DNA from: Candidatus Latescibacterota bacterium
GTDB lineage: Bacteria > Latescibacterota > UBA2968 > UBA8231
Reading direction: 5' to 3'
NCBI GenBank assembly: GCA_965221775.1
Contig: CBDCSU010000006.1
Coordinates: 2,531,206 to 2,595,205 of the forward strand
Length of the DNA stretch: 64,000 nucleotides
The notes under the pieces: model-generated
Seen by the model: the letters and a program-made list of their open reading frames with translations, nothing else
Told to the model about the DNA's origin: nothing
Databases searched by the model: none
In this document: positions 48,764 through 56,585 of the stretch, piece after piece
Numbering within the stretch: the first letter of the stretch is position 1
Layout of the letters: each line of letters opens with the position of its first letter
Position numbers and translations under genes: made by a program

Positions 48764-50389
48764 ATGACGAATATACGGGGACTCCGAGGGCTCTCAACCG
48801 CGCTCGCGCCGGGGGCCGCCGCCGCCCTGACCTGTCTCGTCTACGCCGGCAGCCTGGCGAACGGGTTCGTCTTCGACGACTCCGCGTACCTGGGCAGCCC
48901 CGAGGTCCGCGGCTTCGACCTGCGCGCCCTGGTGCTGGGCAACTGGGCCGGGCTCGACCTCTACCGGCCCCTGACGCTGATCTCGATCGCCGCCGACCAC
49001 GCCCTCTGGGGCGATCGTGCCGCCGGTTTCCACCTCACCAACGTCCTCCTCCACGGCGCGGTGACGTGGCTGGTCTGGTGGCTGGCCCGGCCCCTCGCCG
49101 GGGGGCGCGCCGCCTGGATCGCGGCCCTGGTCTTCGGGCTGCACCCCCTGCAGTCGGGGGTCGTCTACTGGATCTCGGCGCGCGCCGATCTGCTCGCGGC
49201 CGGGCTGGTGCTCCTCGGGCTGGGCGCCCACCTGCGGGCCCGGCCCGAGGCGGGCTCGGCCCGCGGCTGGCGGTGGCTGGCGATCGGCTGCTGCGCCCTG
49301 GCGCCGCTGGCCAAGGAGACCGGCGCCCTGCTGCCTGTCGCCGCCTGGTGGCTGGACCGCTGCCGGCCCGCGTCCGGGGCTCGGACTCCGCTGGCGCGGC
49401 ACGGCCTCGACTGGCTGCGGCGGCATCCCGGTTACCTGGCCGCCCTGGCCGCGGCCCTCGTCCTGCGGACGGTCGTGATCGCCGGGGGCGCGGGGCCTCC
49501 CGAGAGCGCCAACTTCCTGACCTCCGCCGGGCCGGTGGATCGCTGGGCCACGGCGGTGGCGGTCCTGGGGCGCTACGCCTCGCTCGTCGTCTTCCCCCTC
49601 CACCTGTCGGCGGATTACTCCTTCGACTCCATCCCCCTGAGCGGGCTCCGCGACCCCTGGCTCTACGCCGGCCTGGCGGTCCTGATCGGCCTGGCGGTGG
49701 CCGTCCGCCGCCAGGAGGGCATGGCCGCCTTTGCAGCCGGTGCCTTCCTGCTGGCCTGGCTGCCGGTTTCCAACCTCCTGGTGCTGGCCCCGAGCGCCAT
49801 GGCGGAGCGATACGTGTACGCCGGGTTCTACCCCGTCGCCGTGGCCGCCGGTCTCGCCGCCGAGCGTCTGCTCCAGGGCCCGGCGGCGCGGCGCCGGGGG
49901 GCCGCTGCCGCGCTCTGCCTGGTGGCCGGCCTGTGGATCCTGCGCGTCGAGGCCAGAGCGAGCGACTGGCGGGATGACGGCGCCCTGTTCACCGCCGTGA
50001 CAAGCCGTTTTCCACGGAACGCCCGGGCCCTGGAGAATCTGGGCGCCTGGCATGCCCGCCAGGGAGACCTGAGGGGCGCCGTCGCCCTCTACCGGGAGGC
50101 CCTGGTGGTGCGGCCCGAGAACCTGCGGGCCCTGGTCAACCTCGGCCTCCTCGAGGCGCGCAGGGGAGAGATGAGGAAGGCGGCCCTCGCCTTCAGCGGG
50201 GCTCTGAGCCTGAATCGCGGCCACCGCGGCGCCCTCCTGGGACGGGCCCGCGCCCTGGAGGGGTTGGGCCGGCCGCGGGAGGCGGCCAGGGACTACCGCC
50301 GGCTCCTCTCCCTGGCCCCGGATCACGCCCAAGCGGAGGCCGGGCTCGCCCGGGTGCAGGCACGGGGGAGGCGGCCACTTTTCCCTTGA
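48764..50389 (+). CDS. TMTC-like GT-C glycosyltransferase + TPR
   Basis: VY..SL.NGFVFDD, YRPL, FHLTNVLLH, F.LHP, R.DLL, KE, FPLHLSADY, AERYVY and TPRs. Confidence 0.85.
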   Translation: MTNIRGLRGLSTALAPGAAAALTCLVYAGSLANGFVFDDSAYLGSPEVRGFDLRALVLGNWAGLDLYRPLTLISIAADHALWGDRAAGFHLTNVLLHGAVTWLVWWLARPLAGGRAAWIAALVFGLHPLQSGVVYWISARADLLAAGLVLLGLGAHLRARPEAGSARGWRWLAIGCCALAPLAKETGALLPVAAWWLDRCRPASGARTPLARHGLDWLRRHPGYLAALAAALVLRTVVIAGGAGPPESANFLTSAGPVDRWATAVAVLGRYASLVVFPLHLSADYSFDSIPLSGLRDPWLYAGLAVLIGLAVAVRRQEGMAAFAAGAFLLAWLPVSNLLVLAPSAMAERYVYAGFYPVAVAAGLAAERLLQGPAARRRGAAAALCLVAGLWILRVEARASDWRDDGALFTAVTSRFPRNARALENLGAWHARQGDLRGAVALYREALVVRPENLRALVNLGLLEARRGEMRKAALAFSGALSLNRGHRGALLGRARALEGLGRPREAARDYRRLLSLAPDHAQAEAGLARVQARGRRPLFP

Positions 50390-50414
50390 CCGGTCCCCGC
50401 CAATTCTCTATAAA
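50386..50414 (+). promoter_or_regulatory. Putative sigma70 promoter
   Basis: TTGACC-N17-TATAAA about 80 bp upstream of the 50497 start. Confidence 0.6.
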
Positions 50415-50496
50415 TTGGCGCTCAGAACGGGTCCGGACCCGCTCGGCCGGACGCCCCGAACCTCCGAATCCCACACACTCAGCCTGGAGAGACCTC

Positions 50497-51372
50497 ATGC
50501 GTAGAGTGTTCACCCTTCTCACCGTTGCAGCCCTGGCCACGACAGGGGCCTGGGCGCACTCACCCCCGGGTGAGTTCCTCTTTGCCGTGCAGTTCCCCGA
50601 CGCCAACATCCCGACCGTCGACGGCGACCTGGCCGAATGGGAAGTGGTGCCCAAGGTGCCCTACGAGTACGGCAACGAATGGTACAGCGATTCCGCCTTC
50701 GGCAGCGGGACTCGCGGCGAGATCGATGTCTCCGACCTCAGCGTCCGCCAGATCGTCGGCTGGAACGACAACAACAACCGCCTCTACCTGATGGCCGAAG
50801 TCTTCGACAACGTCCACAATTCGGACCGCGAGGATCCGGCCCAGTTCTGGACCGACGACGCCTGGGAGATCTACCTCACCCCGACCCACTTCGACCACGT
50901 CGGGGGCGGGGAGCTGACGGTGAAGCAGTCCTTCAACTTCGCCATGCCCCCGGTGGGCGGCAACTGGGGCCAGAACCTGCCCGCCTTCGAGTGGCGCGTC
51001 GATCCCTTCAACGACGACACCTGGAAGCTGGAGTACACCTTCACGGGTGAGGAGTTCGGCGAGAGCACCTATTACTACGAGTTGTGGATCCAGCCTCTCG
51101 ACTTCATCCCCGAGGACGGCGACCGGTCGGCGGCGGAGGAGACCGATCTCGAGGAAGGCCAGGTCATCGCCATCAGCTGGACCTTCGGCGACTTCGACGA
51201 GCCCGGAACGCAGTATCAGGGCTTCTGGTCGGTTTCTCCCGAGTCGTGCTGCCAGGCGACCAACGACATGGTCATGAGCGAGATGGAGGACATCGACTGG
51301 GGGCAGCAGGCAGCGTCGGCCGTCTCGGCGGATGCCTGGGGCCGCATCAAGTCGCAGTTCATCGACAGGTAG
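50497..51372 (+). CDS. Secreted acidic CBM9/DOMON-like protein with C-terminal 'WGRIK' motif
   Basis: Signal peptide ending AWA, PTVDGDLAEW, GWND...LYL..EV.D, DDAWEIY, YYE..I and a tail SAVSADAWGRIKSQF. Confidence 0.7.
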   Translation: MRRVFTLLTVAALATTGAWAHSPPGEFLFAVQFPDANIPTVDGDLAEWEVVPKVPYEYGNEWYSDSAFGSGTRGEIDVSDLSVRQIVGWNDNNNRLYLMAEVFDNVHNSDREDPAQFWTDDAWEIYLTPTHFDHVGGGELTVKQSFNFAMPPVGGNWGQNLPAFEWRVDPFNDDTWKLEYTFTGEEFGESTYYYELWIQPLDFIPEDGDRSAAEETDLEEGQVIAISWTFGDFDEPGTQYQGFWSVSPESCCQATNDMVMSEMEDIDWGQQAASAVSADAWGRIKSQFIDR

Positions 51373-51378
51373 CAAGCA

Positions 51379-51440
51379 ATCGGGGGAGATCCCTGTTCGC
51401 CGTCCGGCGAAGGTCGGTGCGCGACCGGGATCCCACCGAT
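51379..51440 (+). ncRNA. Candidate structured RNA element (three-way junction)
   Basis: Outer stem ATCGGGGGAGATCCC/GGGATCCCACCGAT encloses hairpins TTCGCCG-TC-CGGCGAA and GGTCG-GTGCG-CGACC. Confidence 0.4.
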
Positions 51441-51454
51441 CGACCCGGCTGGAT

Positions 51455-51494
51455 GGGGGGCGATGGGAGCACGACCCATCGCCCCCCTTTTTTT
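51455..51494 (+). terminator. Rho-independent terminator
   Basis: Perfect 13-bp stem GGGGGGCGATGGG/CCCATCGCCCCCC, 7-nt loop and T7 tail. Confidence 0.9.
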
Positions 51495-51517
51495 AAGCTC
51501 TCGGGGAGGCGCAAGAC

Positions 51518-54232
51518 ATGAAGAGGTCACTCGGAGTGGGATTGCTCGCCTTCGTCGGGCTCGCGGGCGTATCCGAAGGACAGGACTACGGCTCGCGGCT
51601 CGGCGTCCAACGCGGAGGCGAGGTCGACTTCTCGCCTCGCGGCCCCGGGGTGCTCTTCGACGCCCTGGATCCCGCCCTCCGCAAGTGGTACGTCCCCCAG
51701 GAACTCTACAACGACTACCGCTGGCGCCAGTGGGAGTACTCCAACTACGCCCGCCGGGCCTACCAGCGGTACGTGAGCACCACCCGCGAGGGGGACTACT
51801 TCTATGACTTCTTCGGCAACTACGTCACCCGCGGCTGGCTGATCTACAACAACGTCCAGCGCCAGCCGGAGCAGCGGGGCAGCCAGCTGTTCAAGGACGC
51901 GAATTTCGGCAACTGGTTTTCCGATGTGGTCGTCTCCTCCGACAGCAAAGGCGAACACCACTACGCGATAACCATCGCCAACGGCCTGCGCACTACCCTC
52001 ACGCCCCTGACTTTCTCCAAGCCCGATTTCGACGGCGTCCAGTTCGACGTGGCCACCGACAAGTACATGGCCACCGCCCTCTACTCCAGGGTGAGCGAGT
52101 CGGGCGGCAGCTCGACCTTTGCAGAGGGCATCAACCGCACCAACAACACGACCCTGATGGGGGGCCGCGGCGCGGTTCAGGTGGGGGATTTCACCACCCT
52201 GGGCGTCAACTTCGTCAACGCCCACCAGTCCAACACCCTCATCGACGGCTTCCAGGGCAACCCGCTGGCCGGGGAGCTGACCGTCGATCAGAAGGCCGAG
52301 CCCATAAGCTGGATCGAGATCCTCCTGACCGACGACTCGCCCGGGGATGGCGAGGGCGGCGCCGCTTTCTTCCCGGCCGGTTCCGACATCATCATCACCT
52401 ACCTCGACGGGACCGTCGACCGGGGCAAGGAGATCGGCTTCGCTCCGACCGTGGAGGGCGGCTTTCCCCAGGAGGGCTTCGTATCGGCCGACGGCGAGGA
52501 ACAGATCACCCTGCGCTACGACTTCGAGAGCCCCGACTTCCTGCTCACCGCCTCCCAGGACAAGACGCAGATCCGCAAGGTCGAGTTCGAGGTCGTCCTC
52601 GGCAACGACTACAAGGTGCAGTACACTTCCAACCGCCAGGAGGGCAGCGCCGGCGACCCCATCTTCCTGCTGGTGACTCAGGCCCCCGGAAACGTCAAGG
52701 ACAACACCAACCTGTCCATCATCACCTTCGAGTACGGCCTCCCCACGGCGACGAGCATCTTCGGGTTCACCGTGGAGATCACCGACGTCAAGGGCGTGAA
52801 CGTCTACGGCGAGTGGGACAACAGCCGCGTCTACCGGAGGTATCCCTACCCGAGCAACGACCAGGGCAATACCGACCACTCCTCGTCCTCCGGGACCGAC
52901 CAGCGGCCTTCGGCCAGCGCCTGGATGGTCCACGCCGACAAGCACGAGTATCCGTTCTTCGCCTACGGCGAGGCCTTCGAGATCGAACCCGAGTACGCCA
53001 CGAGCATCTGGGTCAGCCAGCAGGACGGCACCATCGACTACACCTCGGGTTACTACCAGCGGGGCGAGCCCGGCCGCATCGAGCGTTTCATGTACGAGTT
53101 CATCGAGGACAACGACGACCAGGACCGGACCCCCGACTGGGGCCGGAACGACGCCTTGGGAACGGACTACGCCGTCTTCCCCGGATGGGACGAGAATAAT
53201 GACTTCATCCCGGACTTCAACCAGAACGACAACGGCCGCATCATCAACCTGATCCCCGACTACGAGGAGCCCTTCCTGCGGCAGAACGTGGACCGGCCGG
53301 AGTTCCTCTACGGGATCGACGCCAACAACAACACCTGGATCGACCGCTTCGAGAACGACAACGAGCCCGACCTGCCCTACAAGAGGAACCGGAGGGGCTG
53401 GAACGCCTATGCCGGCCTGTACCTCACCCCCCAGATGCGTGTCGCCGCCGGCCGTCTCGAGGAGGAGGAGATCACCTCCGACCGCGCGAACGAGACTTCG
53501 TACGCCTTGCTGAGTGTCGACGCCGACCATCCCCGATGGGGGCGGCTCCGCGTGTTCGAGATGGTCAAGAGCATGCGGGACGACCTGCCGGACAACATCC
53601 TCCAGTGGGACAATCGCAACACCCTGCGCAACGATCGCAACGTCGAGGTTCTCGATCCCCTCCTTGGCCGCGACACCTTCTTCAACACGGTTGCCCTGGA
53701 TCACACCATCTCGCCCCTGGGCGGCCTGCGGGTGAAGAACAGCTTCAAGTGGGACCTGTGGCACCAGCGGTTGAGTGCCGAGGAGCGCGGCCCCCTGGCC
53801 CTGGGGGCGAGGGAGTTCTTCGTCGGCCTCATCAACAAGGCGGAGTACCGCTTCGAGCTTGGGCGAGTACAGATCGAGCCCCGGTGGAAGAGCGAGTTCC
53901 GGAACCAGACCTATGACCTGTTCAGCAATCGCGAGCGGCGGGAGCTGACCCAGATCGTGGGTACCATCTTCGAGTTCCCCATGCTCCTCCATTCGGTGAT
54001 TTCCGCCGGGATCGAGTACGTACGCTTCAGCGACCTGGACAGCGACGTGAACGACTTCCAGTCCTTCATCGCGGCGGGGCAGCTGACCAACGTCTCCGAG
54101 TACCAGGGGTACCAGCTGACCACGCAGGTAGGGCTCAAGCACGACCTGCGGGACTTCGAGGATCCGTCGATAAGGACTCGGTCCGTGACCGAGGGCTTCA
54201 TCACCGTCTACGCGGGGCTGGGCACCCCCTGA
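51518..54232 (+). CDS. Large secreted/outer-membrane protein of unknown function (putative beta-barrel, Ca-binding loops)
   Basis: Signal peptide, alternating aromatic beta strands in the C-terminal third, Asp/Asn-rich loops (DNDDQD, DENNDFIPD, DANNN) and a terminal FITVYAGL. Confidence 0.7.
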   Translation: MKRSLGVGLLAFVGLAGVSEGQDYGSRLGVQRGGEVDFSPRGPGVLFDALDPALRKWYVPQELYNDYRWRQWEYSNYARRAYQRYVSTTREGDYFYDFFGNYVTRGWLIYNNVQRQPEQRGSQLFKDANFGNWFSDVVVSSDSKGEHHYAITIANGLRTTLTPLTFSKPDFDGVQFDVATDKYMATALYSRVSESGGSSTFAEGINRTNNTTLMGGRGAVQVGDFTTLGVNFVNAHQSNTLIDGFQGNPLAGELTVDQKAEPISWIEILLTDDSPGDGEGGAAFFPAGSDIIITYLDGTVDRGKEIGFAPTVEGGFPQEGFVSADGEEQITLRYDFESPDFLLTASQDKTQIRKVEFEVVLGNDYKVQYTSNRQEGSAGDPIFLLVTQAPGNVKDNTNLSIITFEYGLPTATSIFGFTVEITDVKGVNVYGEWDNSRVYRRYPYPSNDQGNTDHSSSSGTDQRPSASAWMVHADKHEYPFFAYGEAFEIEPEYATSIWVSQQDGTIDYTSGYYQRGEPGRIERFMYEFIEDNDDQDRTPDWGRNDALGTDYAVFPGWDENNDFIPDFNQNDNGRIINLIPDYEEPFLRQNVDRPEFLYGIDANNNTWIDRFENDNEPDLPYKRNRRGWNAYAGLYLTPQMRVAAGRLEEEEITSDRANETSYALLSVDADHPRWGRLRVFEMVKSMRDDLPDNILQWDNRNTLRNDRNVEVLDPLLGRDTFFNTVALDHTISPLGGLRVKNSFKWDLWHQRLSAEERGPLALGAREFFVGLINKAEYRFELGRVQIEPRWKSEFRNQTYDLFSNRERRELTQIVGTIFEFPMLLHSVISAGIEYVRFSDLDSDVNDFQSFIAAGQLTNVSEYQGYQLTTQVGLKHDLRDFEDPSIRTRSVTEGFITVYAGLGTP

Positions 54233-54260
54233 GGCGCTGGCGACGGCCCGGCCCGGAGGC

Positions 54261-56585
54261 GTGCTTTCGGCCCTGATCCGTCCCCGGTTCCGCTGTAGCG
54301 GCGGCCATGGAGCGGCGGCGGTTTTCGCCCTCGCCCTGGTTCTCCGCCTCGTCTACCTCGGCGAGATCGAGGACAGTCCCTTCTTCGACGCTCCGGTGGT
54401 CGACGCCCGAACCTACGCCGACGCCGCTCGAGAGTTGGCCGCCGGCGCCTGGCTTGGACCGGATGCCCCCTTCTGGCAGCCTCCGCTCTACCCCTACTTA
54501 CTCGGGGCGGTGTGGTCTCTCCTCGGCGTCGGATGGGTCGCTCCCCGGGTGCTGCAGGCCCTCCTCGGGGCCCTGACCTGCGTCCTCCTCTGGCGGCTGG
54601 GGTGCCGCACCCTGTCGCCGGCTCTCGGACTCGCGGCGGCCTTGGCCGCCGCCTTCTGGGGCCCCCTCGTGCTCTTCGGCGGCGAGTTGCTCCCGGCCGT
54701 CCTCGCCGTGCCGCTGGACCTGGCGGCGCTGCTGCTGCTGCTGCGCGCCGCGGAGGCCTCTTCCTCTGCCGTCCGGATCCGCCGAGCCCTGCTGTCGGGG
54801 GCGGCCATGGGAGTAGCCGCCCTGTGCGTGGCCAACGTCCTGGCCTTCGTGCCGGTGGCCGCAGCCTGGCTTGGGCGCCGGGCATCCGCCGCGGCATCAC
54901 GGGGGTGGCTGGCGCCTGGGATGGTGGTCCTCGGAGCGGCCCTGGCCGTGGCCCCGGTGACGGCGCGCAACCTCCTGGTCGGCCACGACCTCGTGCTGAT
55001 CTCCTCCAACGCCGGGGTCAACGCCTTCATAGGCAACAACCCCGACTTCGATCGCACCCTGGAGATCCAGCCCGGGCCCGAATGGTTGGAGCTGGTATCC
55101 CGTCCCCGGCGGGAAGCCGGGGCGGTGACCGCGTCGGACCAGTCGCGGTGGTTCCTCGGCCGCGCCGCGGAGTTCGCGGTCACCGAACCCGGGGACTGGA
55201 TGAGGCTCACCGTCCGGAAGGCCCAGGGCCTCCTCCACGGCGCCGAGGCCGGCCGCAATCTGGACCTGTACCAGGCGCGGGTCTGGTCCGGACTGTTGTC
55301 GGTCCTGCTCTGGAGCCACTGGCTGGCCTTCCCCATGGGGCTGGCCATGCCCCTGGCCCTGCTGGGCGTTCTCCTGGGTTGGCGGGAGGGTTGGTTCAGG
55401 CGGCCCGAGGCGCGCCTTCTGCTCTGGTTCCTGGCGGTCTACGGCGGCACGGTGATCGCCTTCTTCCCCGCCTCCCGCTACCGGCTCCCGGTGGTGCCGG
55501 TGCTGCTCCTGCTGGCGGCCCTCGGCGCCTGGCAGCTGGCGGCGCGGATACGCCTCGGCTGGCGCCAGGCCGCGATTCCCGCGGGCGTCCTGCTCGCCCT
55601 CGGCGTCCTGTGCAACGTCGGCGCCCCGGCCATGGATCCGGAGGGAGGCGCCGGGACGCAGCACCGGCTGGGCTTCGTCTACCAGCAGAAGGGGATGGAG
55701 GCCAACGCCCTGCGCCACTACCGGCGGGCCCTGCAGCTCGACCCGTCGATCCGCGAGGCCCGCTACAATCTCGGGGCGCTGTACGCCCGGCAGGGGCGGT
55801 TCGACCGCGCCGCCGGGGAGTTCGAGACCTTCGTGGAGCGCTTCCCTGACGATCCCCAGGGCCTGCTGGCCCTGGGGGACGCCCTCCTGCAGGCGGGTCG
55901 TCCGACCGCCGCCCTGGAGGCTTGGGAGGACCTGCTGAGACATCCCGGCCTGGCCGAGGCGCAGGCCCGAGGCGCCGTGGCCGCCGGACCTGCCGGGATC
56001 CATGGCCGCCTGGCGGCGACCCGGGCGCAGCTCGGCCAGCTGGAGGAGTCCGAGGCCGCCTACCGGTCCGTGCTCGCGCTGGCGCCGGATTCACTCGACG
56101 CCCGTCTCCAACTGGGGATGGTGCTGGAGCAGGGGGGGAGACTCGCCGAGTCAGAGAGGGAGTACGGCCGGATCCTGCAGCGGGATCCGGGGCACCTGGA
56201 CGCCCGCATCCGACTGGCCCACCTGCTCTTCGGCGAGGACCGCCCGCAGGAGGCCAAGTCCCATCTGAGGCGGGCCATCGAGCTGCGTCCGGGATCGATC
56301 GAGGCGCGCTGGATGCTGGCGGCCCAGCTGATCGTCGAGCACCGAGGCCAGCAGGCCCTGGAGCAGGCCGAGGCGATCCTGGCCATCGACCCGGATCACC
56401 TGGGCGCGACCTGGGTCGCCGGCCATCTGCACCAGGTCGTCGGAGACCGACTCGTTGGGGAGGACCACATCGAGCGCCTGAAGCGGCTCCACGTGGACCG
56501 GCGTCACCAGGGCTTTGCCGAGAGCCTCAAGCAGGGATTGCGTGAGATGATGGAGGGGTTGCCGGCGCCGGCAGCCGGTCAGTAG
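54261..56585 (+). CDS. GT-C (PMT/ArnT-like) glycosyltransferase + TPR
   Basis: PVVDARTY, FWQPPLYPYLL, P.T.RN, NAGVN.FIGNNP, SRYRLP and many TPRs. Confidence 0.85.
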   Translation: MLSALIRPRFRCSGGHGAAAVFALALVLRLVYLGEIEDSPFFDAPVVDARTYADAARELAAGAWLGPDAPFWQPPLYPYLLGAVWSLLGVGWVAPRVLQALLGALTCVLLWRLGCRTLSPALGLAAALAAAFWGPLVLFGGELLPAVLAVPLDLAALLLLLRAAEASSSAVRIRRALLSGAAMGVAALCVANVLAFVPVAAAWLGRRASAAASRGWLAPGMVVLGAALAVAPVTARNLLVGHDLVLISSNAGVNAFIGNNPDFDRTLEIQPGPEWLELVSRPRREAGAVTASDQSRWFLGRAAEFAVTEPGDWMRLTVRKAQGLLHGAEAGRNLDLYQARVWSGLLSVLLWSHWLAFPMGLAMPLALLGVLLGWREGWFRRPEARLLLWFLAVYGGTVIAFFPASRYRLPVVPVLLLLAALGAWQLAARIRLGWRQAAIPAGVLLALGVLCNVGAPAMDPEGGAGTQHRLGFVYQQKGMEANALRHYRRALQLDPSIREARYNLGALYARQGRFDRAAGEFETFVERFPDDPQGLLALGDALLQAGRPTAALEAWEDLLRHPGLAEAQARGAVAAGPAGIHGRLAATRAQLGQLEESEAAYRSVLALAPDSLDARLQLGMVLEQGGRLAESEREYGRILQRDPGHLDARIRLAHLLFGEDRPQEAKSHLRRAIELRPGSIEARWMLAAQLIVEHRGQQALEQAEAILAIDPDHLGATWVAGHLHQVVGDRLVGEDHIERLKRLHVDRRHQGFAESLKQGLREMMEGLPAPAAGQ

